The notes under the pieces were generated by a model. It had not been told where the DNA came from. It did not search any database and worked only from the letters and a program-made list of their open reading frames with translations. The translations under genes were made by a program, and so were the position numbers. A DNA stretch of 59,750 nt from an uncultured Dehalococcoidales bacterium (lineage in GTDB: Bacteria > Chloroflexota > Dehalococcoidia > Dehalococcoidales > UBA2162), in contig CAYNFT010000001.1 of NCBI GenBank assembly GCA_964396535.1, positions 1 to 59,750 on the forward strand, in the 5' to 3' direction. Positions 1 to 12,829 of this stretch are shown one piece after another (the stretch's first letter is position 1; every line of letters starts with the position of its first letter).

Positions 1-81
1 CCTATTTTGGATTGGTGCCCTGACGTTGTCAAGCTCGCTCAATTTCCGGTAGTGGGTCAATTTAATTCGTATTGTTTCCAT
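1..81 (-). CDS. first 27 codons of an unidentified CDS that leaves the window
   Basis: ATG at 81 (minus) opens METIRIKLTHYRKLSELDNVRAPIQN with no stop before base 1. No recognisable motif. Confidence 0.2.
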   Translation of the reverse strand, partial: METIRIKLTHYRKLSELDNVRAPIQNR

Positions 82-157
82 CTAGGTTTCTTCGGCAGGT
101 AATTGGCAGATTCCATCGGTTTCGGCGCATTATATCTGGTTAAGAGGTCGTTTAGTA

Positions 158-238
158 ACCCATCCCCCTGACCCCCTTCCCTTATAAAGGGAAGGGGGAA
201 ATATTTTAAGAGAGGCTTCGCCTCTCTTTGACTTTCCT
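158..238. repeat. two-hairpin intergenic repeat, copy 1 (orientation F: hairpin A then hairpin B)
   Basis: aacccatcccc, then cccccttccctt/ataa/agggaaggggg, then agagaggc/ttc/gcctctct, then ttgac. Confidence 0.8.
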
Positions 239-280
239 AGCTTTTGGGGCGTTTTGGGCTTTCCTTATTTTCTGGAGTGT

Positions 281-395
281 TTAAGAGGGGCGAAAGCCCC
301 TCTCATAAAGTACTTCCCCTTCCCCTTGATAAGGGGAAGGGGATAAAGGGGATAGGGTTATAAAAATTAAGGGGGTGAGGTTGATAAACAATCTT
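281..395. repeat. two-hairpin intergenic repeat, copy 2 (orientation R, with long tail)
   Basis: agaggggc/gaaa/gcccctct, then ccccttcccctt/gat/aaggggaagggg, then ataaaggggatagggttataaaaattaagggggtgaggttgataaaca. Forms a convergent pair with copy 1. Confidence 0.85.
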
Positions 396-578
396 GGATA
401 AGTTCTTGAAAAAAGCTTACCCCCTACTTGACAAGGGAGGGGTAACAATATAGGATTTTTTTCAGCCAACCTGAAAAAACCCGGCTATTTAATGCAGCCA
501 AAACAGAGTAATCTTGTTTAGCTGAGTTTATTAGAAATATGTTACCTGGAGCGCCAATAGAAGCTAAGGAGGCTAATT

Positions 579-1118
579 ATGGCTGAGCTCAAGAGGACGA
601 AAGAGGAAATCATTAACAAAGCGGAGCAGCTTGGGGTAGAATATGAGGCGAAATACAAGGGCTGCTGCGAGTCAACGTTTCTGGCAATAGTTGATGCTTT
701 AAGATGGGGAGGCCTGGAAATTATCCCGAAGGATATAGAGGAAAAACTTTATCCCGGGATATGCCTCCTAACGGCTGGTGTTTGCATGACCGGAGAGGGT
801 ACCTGTGGTGCTGTATCAGGCAGCGTTATGGCGATTGGCTTTGCCCTGGGAATTCCCAAGGAGACTGATGATGTCGCTGTTGCGAACAGGGCTGGTGTTA
901 AAATTCAGGATACACTTCTGGCCAGGTATTACCAGGAATATGGTTCTATACTCTGCAAGGATGTAATGAGGAAATATTTCGGGAAAGCCTGGGACCTGAC
1001 CAGTGATGAGATGACCCGGGAGTTTCTGAGCATAACGGACGGGTGCACTATCAGGCAGACGGCCAGATGGGCTAGTGAGATTATCCTGGATGAATTCGAA
1101 AAAGGCAATGTAAAGTAG
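579..1118 (+). CDS. C_GCAxxG_C_C family redox-active protein
   Basis: 179 aa. CC pair (YKGCCESTF) and TCGAVSG match the C-GCAxxG-C-C signature. AGGAGG-type SD (aaggagg) 7 nt upstream. Confidence 0.8.
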   Translation: MAELKRTKEEIINKAEQLGVEYEAKYKGCCESTFLAIVDALRWGGLEIIPKDIEEKLYPGICLLTAGVCMTGEGTCGAVSGSVMAIGFALGIPKETDDVAVANRAGVKIQDTLLARYYQEYGSILCKDVMRKYFGKAWDLTSDEMTREFLSITDGCTIRQTARWASEIILDEFEKGNVK

Positions 1119-1297
1119 AAACTGCATGAAATGGAATGGGTTCTTCCGCCATACATATATGGTAGGGAACGGTTTCTGAAACGAGAGCAAAGAGTATTTG
1201 ATAAAGCAGCTAAAGAGGCTCGGAATCCCTGAACAGGTCGGTTTCTTTCAGCTAGATAGTGTATACTATATGAAGACTATAAAGCCTTACAGGAGGT

Positions 1298-3142
1298 ATG
1301 AGCATGGGAGGTTATAAAAACCGCATTCTGCGAGTGGACTTGACAAATCGTACCTTTTCAGAGGAATCACTGAGTGAGGAGCTTATCCATGACTATATTG
1401 GTGGACGCGGCTTCGGAGTCAAGCTCCTGTATGATGAGTTGAAACCGGGGATTGACCCTCTGGGTGAAGAGAATGAGATTATATTCATCGCCGGGCCGTT
1501 AGCGGGAACAAATGCCCAGTCCTTCGGCCGTTATAAGGTTTTCTTCAAGTCACCTCTAACCGGTGGTTACTTTAAGTCCAGCAGCGGGGGACAACTGGGA
1601 GCGGAGCTGAAGTTCTCTGGCTTCGATGCCATTATAGTCAAGGGAATCGCTGATAAGCCAGCCTTCCTCTGGGTTCATGATGGCAAATATGAGTTGAGGG
1701 ATGCCGCTTACCTGTGGGGGCTCGATTGCGATGACACTCATACCCTGATTCGCGAAGAACTGGGAGATTCCAATACCCGGCTCGCCTGCATTGGTCCGGC
1801 TGGTGAGCATGGGGTGAAATATGCCGGCATATTCAGCGACCGTCGCGCCTGCGGCCGGGGTGGTGGTGGCACGGTTATGGGTGCCAAAAATCTCAAAGCT
1901 ATCGCTGTCCGGGGACATCAACGGGTTGATTTATCCGACAAGCAGGCTTTTGCCGCCGCCGTAAGAGAGCAAATAAAAGAGTACAAGGCTAATCCTCAGT
2001 TCGCATCCTTTTCCGAATCAGGAACACAGATTGCTGAGTTTACTAATGTCCTGGGCATGTTCCCTACCAGAAATTTCCAGGAGGGAGTCTTACCGAACTG
2101 GGAGCGGATAGAGGGTGATGAATACACCAAGTTGCGGGTGCGGAAGACAAGGTGCTACAGTTGCATGGTTCATTGTGGTAGCATCACTAAAGTAGGGACA
2201 GGCAAGTATGCTGGAGCGTGGTCTGAAGGACCGGAGTACGAGACTATCTGGGCCTTTAACGGGACGGTGAAATATGCCGATATTGGCCTGACCATTGCCG
2301 CCGATAAGCTGTGCGATGACCTGGGAATAGATACGATTTCCACAGGTAGCTCCATTGGCTTTGCCTATGAGCTCTATGAACGAGGCATCATTACCAAGAA
2401 GGACACCGGTGGCCTTGAGCTTACATTCGGTAATAACAAGCCCGTTATGCAGCTAATCAGACAGATTGCCTACCGGGAAGGCTTGGGTGATTTACTGGCT
2501 GAGGGCACACGTGAGGCAGCCCGCCGTATTGGCAAGGGTGCTGAGCAATATGCAATACAGGTAAAAGGGCTGGAACTGCCTGCCTACGACCCCCGTGGAG
2601 CCAAGGCCCACGGCCTCAACCTGATGACGGCAAATATCGGGGCAGACCACAATACCGGTTATGCCCCTCAAGAGATATTCGGTGCCCCGGTTCCGAGAAA
2701 GGTCGACCGCTTTGCCATCGAAAGTAAAGGCGAGTTAACCAAGTGGAATCAGGACCTAACTGCATTCCTGGAGACAGGTATTTTATGCAGTTTCATGCCA
2801 TCAATGGGCATGCTCAGTGATGAGGTCTACGGCAGGCTTCTCACGGCAGCAACAGGAGTTAAAGACTTCTCAGACACGGCCTTCCTGTGGAAAGTGGGAG
2901 AGAAGATATTCAACCTGGAACGGATGTTTAATGTGAGAGAAGGGTTCAGCAGCAAAGACGATGTTATGCCAAAGCGTCTTACTGAGGAGCCTATGCCTGC
3001 CGGACCATCAGCTGGCCAGGTCTTTGAAGCGGAGCCTCTGCTGGCAGACTACTACCGGGTACGGGGGTGGGATGCCAAGACCGGTATCCCCACCAAAGAG
3101 AAGCTAGAGGAGCTGGGACTGGGCTTCACTACAAATAAATAG
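1298..3142 (+). CDS. aor: aldehyde:ferredoxin oxidoreductase (tungsto/molybdopterin AOR family)
   Basis: 614 aa, full-length AOR-like: N-terminal RILRVDLT, GGRG, the C-x2-C-x3-C-like CYSCMVHCG cluster region, DxxGxD pterin motifs. The SD aggagg favours the second ATG at 1304. Confidence 0.9.
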   Translation: MSMGGYKNRILRVDLTNRTFSEESLSEELIHDYIGGRGFGVKLLYDELKPGIDPLGEENEIIFIAGPLAGTNAQSFGRYKVFFKSPLTGGYFKSSSGGQLGAELKFSGFDAIIVKGIADKPAFLWVHDGKYELRDAAYLWGLDCDDTHTLIREELGDSNTRLACIGPAGEHGVKYAGIFSDRRACGRGGGGTVMGAKNLKAIAVRGHQRVDLSDKQAFAAAVREQIKEYKANPQFASFSESGTQIAEFTNVLGMFPTRNFQEGVLPNWERIEGDEYTKLRVRKTRCYSCMVHCGSITKVGTGKYAGAWSEGPEYETIWAFNGTVKYADIGLTIAADKLCDDLGIDTISTGSSIGFAYELYERGIITKKDTGGLELTFGNNKPVMQLIRQIAYREGLGDLLAEGTREAARRIGKGAEQYAIQVKGLELPAYDPRGAKAHGLNLMTANIGADHNTGYAPQEIFGAPVPRKVDRFAIESKGELTKWNQDLTAFLETGILCSFMPSMGMLSDEVYGRLLTAATGVKDFSDTAFLWKVGEKIFNLERMFNVREGFSSKDDVMPKRLTEEPMPAGPSAGQVFEAEPLLADYYRVRGWDAKTGIPTKEKLEELGLGFTTNK

Positions 3143-3147
3143 TAACA

Positions 3148-3417
3148 ATGAATATTGAGGTACTCTTTTTCGGTCAGCTCAGAGAGCTAACTGCTGTTCG
3201 CCAAAAGATTATTGTTATAAAGGATGGAGTCAAGCTAGCTGATTTAATCGAGCATCTGGGCGAAGAATATGGAGTTGCCTTTCGCCATGAGGTAGACAAT
3301 ATCCATGGTTTACGTATCCTGATAAACGGCCGGGAGTACACCCTGCTGGGTGGCATGGAGGCACCCTTAAAGGAGGGGGATACGGTGGTTTTGCTACCTC
3401 CCATTTTTGGCGGTTGA
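3148..3417 (+). CDS. MoaD/ThiS-family small sulfur-carrier-like protein
   Basis: 89 aa ending in GG (PPIFGG), beta-grasp-like length, 5 nt after the aor stop. Confidence 0.75.
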   Translation: MNIEVLFFGQLRELTAVRQKIIVIKDGVKLADLIEHLGEEYGVAFRHEVDNIHGLRILINGREYTLLGGMEAPLKEGDTVVLLPPIFGG

Positions 3418-3454
3418 GGGTGACAGCCATGAGGAAATAGCATGTGAGGTATAA

Positions 3455-6655
<3,201 letters not shown>

Positions 6656-6659
6656 TGGG

Positions 6660-7112
6660 ATGAGTGCGAACATCTTGCTATATGAGGACACGCCAGAGTA
6701 TGATTTTTGGCTCAAACTCATTTTGGGAGGCTTATTAGCACTCACTTTTATTCTGGGGATTATTTTCATTTCTCAGGATATCGGAGCCGCAATAGCGATG
6801 TTTGGGATAACACTCTTTGATGCTGTCCTGTTCAAAGCAATCTTACCAAGACGATTTCAAATATTTGAAGACCGATTGAAAATACTGCTGGGTGGACCGC
6901 TCGCGATAAACATTCCCTTCTCAAATATTGCAGAAGTAAAACCGGCTTCAGCCAGAAAAATCTTCGTTTACTGGGGTGAGCGTTTTGCCACTTCTACCCG
7001 CCACGTGGTTGAGATTGTACGCAAGCAAGGGCTGAATCTAATTATATCACCGGCTCATGATGACATGTTCTTAGAGCAATTGAATCAAGCCCGGCAAACA
7101 AAACCCGCTTGA
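6660..7112 (+). CDS. membrane protein with bacterial PH-like domain
   Basis: 150 aa. Two hydrophobic helices followed by a beta-rich segment typical of bPH/YdbT-like domains. Assignment is tentative. Confidence 0.5.
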   Translation: MSANILLYEDTPEYDFWLKLILGGLLALTFILGIIFISQDIGAAIAMFGITLFDAVLFKAILPRRFQIFEDRLKILLGGPLAINIPFSNIAEVKPASARKIFVYWGERFATSTRHVVEIVRKQGLNLIISPAHDDMFLEQLNQARQTKPA

Positions 7113-7190
7113 AGTAACGGCAAATATCCTTGATGCAAGCTATTCCTTAGCTTTCGGATGACGTCGTGGCTATTAAATCCTCCAGCCCTG

Positions 7191-8025
7191 TTAGACAGTT
7201 GGTGGTACGGCTGGACTCCGATATCCTCGTAACAGTGCTCTGGGTACCTGTGCTACCAGTTCATCTATTGTCCATGGGTCTCCATCTTTATACAAAGACC
7301 TTATTATTTCTGGTTCTGAGTACATACCGATGTTTGTTCCACCAACGTTAAAAACGGTGCCGCTTATTTTTGACGCTGCTTCGCTGGCCAGGTAAATAAG
7401 AAATGGGGCTATGTAGTCCGGGCTGGGGTTGTCCTCCAGTGTCATGGCGGTTCCCCGTGAATAAACGGTCTGTCTTCGTCATCTACGGCTATACTGTAGG
7501 CTATCAGTTCAAAAGAAGCCCGCGTCCTGGCAAACGGAGAGAAGGCATTACAGGTAATGCCGTACGGATAAAGCTCTATGGCTACAGCCCTGGTCAGGCC
7601 TACAACCCCGGCATTAGCGGCGCAATACTCGGCGTGCCGGATAACATCCCCAAGGAACGCTCTTGATGTGCAGTTTAATATTCGCCTCCACTTCTGCTCC
7701 ATCATTATCGGAGCAGCATGGCGGATACAGTTGAAATGGCTCTTGGGTTTGACGAGAGTAACATGGTCCCACAGCTCCTCTGTCATTTTCCAGATAGGAC
7801 TGAACCCGAAAGTGCCAACAGTATTCACCAGGATGTCAATCTTCCCGAAGCTGTCAACGGCTGTTTGTATCAGCTTACTGGCTACCTCGAAGTTGGATAC
7901 ATCGCCAAAGAATGGTACCGCCTCCCCGCCCGTTTCCCTAATTTTCATGGCTGTGGTTTCGGCATCCCTGAAGCTCCCCCGAAATATGGTACGTGTGAAA
8001 CAAGCCGATGACCTGCTCTCTTCAT
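7191..8025 (-). pseudogene. short-chain dehydrogenase/reductase, disrupted (frameshift plus N-terminal internal loss)
   Basis: ATG 8025 has a strong SD (gagggaggg) and gives MKRAGHRLVSHVPYFGGASG, then a stop. Frame 2 (7442-7948) carries GKIDILVNTVG and the NAFSP region. Frame 3 (7191-7445) carries PDYIAPFLIYLASEAASKISG. About 27 aa after the Gly-rich motif appear to be missing. Confidence 0.7.
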
Positions 8026-8095
8026 TTCACACCCTCCCTCTCAAATGTCGTAACAACATTCTGCCCCGGTAGAGTTCATCTCTACCGTAAATTTG

Positions 8096-8124
8096 TTGAC
8101 ACCCACACAATTAAGCATTATACT
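8096..8124 (+). promoter_or_regulatory. sigma70-like promoter TTGACA-N17-TATACT
   Basis: TTGACA 8096-8101, 17 nt spacer, TATACT 8119-8124, about 110 nt upstream of the lipoprotein start. Confidence 0.45.
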
Positions 8125-8233
8125 CAAATCCTAAAGCGTGGAGTAGCCTGAAACGATACTACTACAGACTTAATCCGGGAGGCTGAGGTAAGAGGGAACA
8201 GGCACGGGAGCGCGAGATCCTGTGGTGAGTATA

Positions 8234-9364
8234 ATGAAACACACAATTTGTTTGCTTTTACTGCTATTGGTAACCCTTACATCCTGTGACGCCGTTGAAA
8301 CTCTCACTGGTCTTGAGATGCCCGAATCCACTTCTTACGACATTGAGGCAGTCATCAAGTCAGGAGGTTATCAGGAAAGAACAGAGATTCAAAATTACCC
8401 GATTAATAACTGCAAGTGCCAGACAGAAACGGTTCTGACCGTCTCACGTCAGCGAACACTGGAGGAAAGCGTAGAACAGGTCTCAAGTCTCGAAGCAACG
8501 GCCAGTTTAATGGCGTTGAGTTTTGCTGAATTCAGCCTGGCTGTCGGTAAGGAATACGGCGTGGGGCATTCGACCAGAATAACCGATAGTGGTAGCCTGG
8601 AAGTAAAGGCAGACCCAGGAACATATCCCGTCTACACCATTGCCTGGAACGAGATTTGGGAAACAGGACATGTTGTGGTGAAACACAAAGGTAAAGAGGA
8701 GAACGTTGGCTATCTCTTCCTGAAGACAGCACGGCCTGAACTTATCAACGTGGATTATTATGACTGCGATGAGGCAGCTACAGGTGAAGTACCGGGGACT
8801 GAATCCAAGATGACCCATTACGAACAAGGCGAGGCAGCCTATTTCAATGGCGACTTTGAGACCGTAATTACAGAAATGTCGCTTGTTATTGAGGCCGTGC
8901 CGGACAAGGTCTCGGCATATATCTATCGAGGGCTGGCTTACCATAATCAAGGTCGGTACATCGAGGCCATCGCCGACTACACCAGGGCGATACAGCTTGC
9001 CCCTGATAATGCTATTGCCTACTATGACCGAGGGGTAGCCTGTTATAAACAGGGCCTCTACGACCAGGCTATTGCCGATAGTACCAAGGCAATAGAACTG
9101 GACCCCGGCTACGCTCATGCCTACCAAAATCGAGGGCTGGCTTACCGTAATCAAGGCCGGTACACTGAAGCTATCGCCGACTACACCAGGGCGATAGAAA
9201 CAGAGCCTGGATATGCAGACTATTATTACAACCGAGCAATAGCCTACAAGATGCTGGGGAATAAAGCCGCGGCAATCGCTGACTTTGAGGAGTATATCAG
9301 TCTGAGTAATGACCCTGAATGGATTGAAAAAGCCAGACAAGAGCTCGTAGAACTCAAAGGGTAG
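8234..9364 (+). CDS. lipoprotein with C-terminal TPR repeats
   Basis: MKHTICLLLLLLVTLTSC lipobox. At least 5 TPR units (AYxxRGLAYxxQGRYxEAIADYTRAIxL). The ORF track starts at 8222; ATG 8234 is preferred. Confidence 0.8.
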   Translation: MKHTICLLLLLLVTLTSCDAVETLTGLEMPESTSYDIEAVIKSGGYQERTEIQNYPINNCKCQTETVLTVSRQRTLEESVEQVSSLEATASLMALSFAEFSLAVGKEYGVGHSTRITDSGSLEVKADPGTYPVYTIAWNEIWETGHVVVKHKGKEENVGYLFLKTARPELINVDYYDCDEAATGEVPGTESKMTHYEQGEAAYFNGDFETVITEMSLVIEAVPDKVSAYIYRGLAYHNQGRYIEAIADYTRAIQLAPDNAIAYYDRGVACYKQGLYDQAIADSTKAIELDPGYAHAYQNRGLAYRNQGRYTEAIADYTRAIETEPGYADYYYNRAIAYKMLGNKAAAIADFEEYISLSNDPEWIEKARQELVELKG

Positions 9365-9397
9365 GACTGGACAGCGGCACTGGTGATTTAATACATT

Positions 9398-9458
9398 GCT
9401 CGGGATATTCGGTGTAAATGATGAGGTTATTAATATTTAGGAGCCACCATCATCGAGC
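9398..9458. repeat. copy R1 of a 60 bp direct duplication (source: inside the LarA-like gene)
   Basis: gctcgggatattcggtgtaaatgatgaggttattaatat(t)taggagc(c)accatcatcgagc. One indel and one substitution relative to 11073-11132. Confidence 0.9.
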
Positions 9459-9889
9459 GTCCTGAACTTCGCCAGCTTGGGGTCGTGGTTTCTGAAATGG
9501 GCAATCCGAATGCGCTTCATTTTGCCGCCCTCCAGGTCGTAGAGCACCCAATTTGTCATAATGCTCACATCGCCCTTCTTCCTCTGCACCCCGCCGGAAG
9601 AAGCCGGAGCATCTTTGAAGGTGTGGAATTCGGTGTAGAGTTCGGCAAATAGCAGATTCCCGCTCTCCATGAAGTCCCTGAGCTCCAGAACCTCTCTTGT
9701 GTGCTTGTGCAGGCTCTTATAAGAAGCGGCGAACTCCTGGGGACCGTGCAGCGTACGGGCTGGCGTTTGCGGGCCGTAGGCATTGTCAAAATACTCCACC
9801 GTAATATCTGGCGTGAAATAGCTCGTGACAGCATCGTACCTCTTGTTGTTGAAGTGCTCAATATATTCCAAATATTGCTCTCTATTCAT
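9437..9889 (-). CDS. SnoaL/NTF2-like fold protein
   Basis: 150 aa. MNREQYLEYIEHFNNKRYDAVTSYF is typical of SnoaL-like proteins. The last 6 codons and the stop lie inside repeat R1. Confidence 0.6.
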   Translation of the reverse strand: MNREQYLEYIEHFNNKRYDAVTSYFTPDITVEYFDNAYGPQTPARTLHGPQEFAASYKSLHKHTREVLELRDFMESGNLLFAELYTEFHTFKDAPASSGGVQRKKGDVSIMTNWVLYDLEGGKMKRIRIAHFRNHDPKLAKFRTLDDGGS

Positions 9890-10072
9890 TGCGCCACCTC
9901 ATTTAATAATTGCCGAAATTTCATCCTTTCCCCCCCACATGTCAAAACTTTCAGCCTTATAGTTTTCTGCTAGGATTATTCTTGGCTAATAGTGGTCGTA
10001 TCAACCTAAGGTATGTATAATTAAGCCACAGAAACTTACTGGAGTAAAAGTTAAAAAGGAGGAGCAAGTTAC

Positions 10073-10312
10073 ATGACAACATTGAAGGAATATAACAGCT
10101 ACGGGGAAGACCTTGAGCGGTTACTGCTGCTGAGGACATCACCATTAGCCGTAAAGATGCTTGAGAAGGAAGGAGATATACCCCAAGAAGCCATCAGACC
10201 AGAAAAGGACGGCGGCTTTCATCTCGCTCAATGTCAGGCCTTCGCTATGTCACGGCGCGAGAGAGCTACTGTCGCCATGCTGAAAGAGGATAACTGGTGT
10301 CCGGCTCCCTGA
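10073..10312 (+). pseudogene. DUF169-family gene remnant (N-terminal ~80 codons, premature TGA)
   Basis: LLLRTSPLAVKMLE...HLAQCQAFAMSRRE...NWCPAP* resembles a DUF169 N-terminus. The family is normally ~250 aa, and no continuing frame is recognisable. Confidence 0.5.
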
Positions 10313-10639
10313 ACGGCCTACGGACTTGTGGAAAGACAACAATGATAATGAGGCCCGACTTTCCTCAGCCGGAATTTTACAAGCAGACATTTAAAAGATG
10401 GGGATTACATCTTGAGGAATGAAAAACTCAACTCTATAAATACCAAAAGCCCTGAACATTCTCAAGGCTTTGTACTATTATATCACACTTTAGTTCTTAT
10501 TGTCAAGAATTCGTGTCTAACCTTTTTCGAACCCCTGCTCCAGGTTAATAATACTTTCAGTTAGTAGCACTACTGTGAGGCTAAATTAACTACTTCTTCA
10601 GGTGTCCGAATATTAATGGGATGTCTCTGAACCCGGCTT

Positions 10640-10831
10640 TTATTCGTTTCCCTTTTCTTTCGCATCTGGAACTTCCTGAATTAATGGGCGTATTGCTTCG
10701 ATAGCATTCCAGCACCTGAAACCGGCGACAATACTGGCAATTAAGATTATTGCAGCCAGGCAGAAATAAAGCCAGGAAGGTGTTGCTACCGGATGTGTTC
10801 CCTAGGGATTTTCTGCCACGATGAGGTCCAT
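10640..10831 (-). pseudogene. small membrane-protein ORF interrupted by an in-frame TAG at codon 10
   Basis: SD gaggtgg 9 nt before ATG 10831. Reads MDLIVAENP*GTHPVATPSWLYFCLAAIILIASIVAGFRCW...KEKGNE. TAG = 10802-10804. Confidence 0.3.
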
Positions 10832-10923
10832 TAATCATTCCACCTCATCTTTGTGTGGCTCGATACAATTGCGGCCTGAATGTTTTATCAAAGAAATTCT
10901 GCGTAGTATTCTAGCATACACAT

Positions 10924-12174
10924 TCAATCAGCGAAATACTGTATATCTGCACTTGGGTATACGGCTACTTTGGTGCCGGCTCCATGCGATTTTTCCAGCG
11001 TCTGTATTACCTGTGTCCAGTCACTCATCAGCAAAACCTTATCCCGGTTAGCAAAACGGTTTAAAATTCTGAGCTCGGGATATTCGGTGTAAATGATGAG
11101 GTTATTAATATTAGGAGCAACCATCATCGAGCCGCCTAAGCTACCACTAATCGTTTTACCGAAACTATCAAAAAGGTAATGCACATCCTGTCCGGAAGGC
11201 GAATTGGCTATGATGACAATGTCCCCACCCTAGCGGTTTACCGCCGGAAGAGCATTAGCCATGGCCATGTTATACTCAGCAGCTTTGTCATAGGCATTGG
11301 CAATAACAATATCGTTATCTCTGGTGCTGGTAGCAACGTAGTGGGATTGAGCTTCCTTTGTCGCCGCTTTGTAGGTCGGTTCCAAAGCACCGGCAAAAAT
11401 GGCTGCCGTCTCTCCCCACAGGTTAACAATGCAGTTTACTACCATATCAAGCCCAGCCATTCTGGCTATTTCCTGAGCATCAGCATTTACCGGGCTGTCA
11501 TCAACAACTCCCGTGAGTGGTAAACCAAGCTTTCTTCGTTCGGCTGTCCAGGTTCTATGAGTTTCGCCGTGATGACCTACCACTGTCTCATAAGAGGCTA
11601 CTCCGGGTATTATTATTTTGCCACCACCGCTCAAGCCGTACAGGGGATGAGGTACGACCTGACCAATGCCAATTTTCAGGTCACAATGCATGACCTCACT
11701 ATTTATGTACGCTTTAGTTCCATAACTGGAGGTTCCAATATATGTGCAATTTAAGAAAGGGCAGTGGTTATAGACAGGAAACCTGGCTATAACATCCTCG
11801 CCCAGCTTTTTCACCATGCTAATCCGGTCCATGGCTTGATGGTTAGCAACCGCCGCAATGAAGCGTATTCTATCGTCGGTGACGCCAGCCTCCGCCAGTT
11901 CTTCCAGAATAAAGGGGACAATTTCATATACCCGCGTACTGCGGGTCAGGTCATCAAATATTATAACTACCTCGTTTTTATCTTTCGCCATCTCTCTCAA
12001 GGGTGGCATACCAGTAGGAGAAGAGATGGCTGCCCTGATTTCACTTGCTTTTATGGCTGGCCTGTTATAGCCAGCTATATTATGCACCGTTACCTGCCAG
12101 CTATCGGGCAGTGGAAATTCGACTTCCTTAGACTCATACCATAAGTATTGCGGTAGTTTAACAATATTCGCCAA
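10924..12174 (-). pseudogene. LarA-like (DUF2088, lactate-racemase family) gene with a single in-frame TAG
   Basis: ORFs 11230-12174 and 10924-11184 are in the same frame: ...ALPAVNR*GGDIVIIANSPSGQDVHYLFD. TAG = 11230-11232. The combined length is ~416 aa, the usual family length. Confidence 0.7.
11073..11132. repeat. copy R2 of the 60 bp direct duplication
   Basis: Lies inside the LarA-like C-terminal part, where it encodes SMMVAPNINNLIIYTEYPEL on the minus strand. Confidence 0.9.
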
Positions 12175-12296
12175 TTCTTTCCTCCAGACGCGAAATTACC
12201 TGAAGTGTACTTCTCCAGGAACACATTCCACAGGTACGTATTGAATATCGGTTCGCCAGCCTTCACTTAAAAATAAAGATGCTTAAGCCAGCTCTG

Positions 12297-12697
12297 TTAT
12301 CTTTTACCGGTAAGTGAGACCGCCATAACCAGATAAGGTTTGTCAATTCTCCTTGTTACTATGGGACAATGCGGCAGGCCTTTAGGAACCACGACCGCTG
12401 TTGGTTCGCTAAATACGTGTTTTTCTTCCTCCCCTCTGGACCTATGGAAAACTCGACTTCCGCCCCCAAATCACTTGGGTCTTCAGGGTCCGAGCCGATA
12501 AAATATATGGCTTCGTCGTAATCATGGACGTGCGGCTTCGTCGACAGACCGGTTATACTGGTCTCGAAGGCAAAGGCATAAATAATGGTGCAGTTGAAGC
12601 CATTTAGCTGTTCCGCACCAACCGACATTAATGCTCCTCTCTTTCCCTTCCTGAAGGGAAGCGTTACAACATTTTCCCCGTATTTTGTTTCCGCCAT
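12297..12697 (-). pseudogene. cupin-fold protein with a 1-nt frameshift in a G run
   Basis: SD aaggagg 8 nt before ATG 12697 (MAETKYGENVV...HVHDYDEAIYFIG). After ...FSIGPE the alternative frame reads GEEEKHVFSEPTAVVVPKGLPHCPIVTRRIDKPYLVMAVSLTGKR*. The 401 nt span is not a multiple of 3. Confidence 0.6.
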
Positions 12698-12793
12698 TTT
12701 TATATCCTCCTTCGTTAACACCATCATAATATAACCTATTTTCAATTGGTAACCTAGCATTGTCAAGCTAGCTTAATCTTTTTCAACAACTTC

Positions 12794-12822
12794 TTGACAA
12801 ATATCCACTTAGCAGCTATACT
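12794..12822 (+). promoter_or_regulatory. sigma70-like promoter TTGACA-N17-TATACT for the trp leader
   Basis: TTGACA 12794-12799, 17 nt spacer, TATACT 12817-12822. Confidence 0.55.
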
Positions 12823-12829
12823 TATGGTA

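Noticed and set aside
281-469. 62-aa minus-strand ORF (…SPLSPSPYQGEGEVLYERGFRPS)
   Set aside because: It is simply the translation of a two-hairpin repeat copy. Similar pseudo-peptides appear wherever the repeat occurs. It has no SD and no independent coding signal.
1119-1297. Moco/Tuco riboswitch upstream of aor
   Set aside because: I looked for the conserved Moco-motif core and found only a vague GGCTCGGAA string, with no convincing multi-stem architecture. It would need an Infernal scan to revisit.
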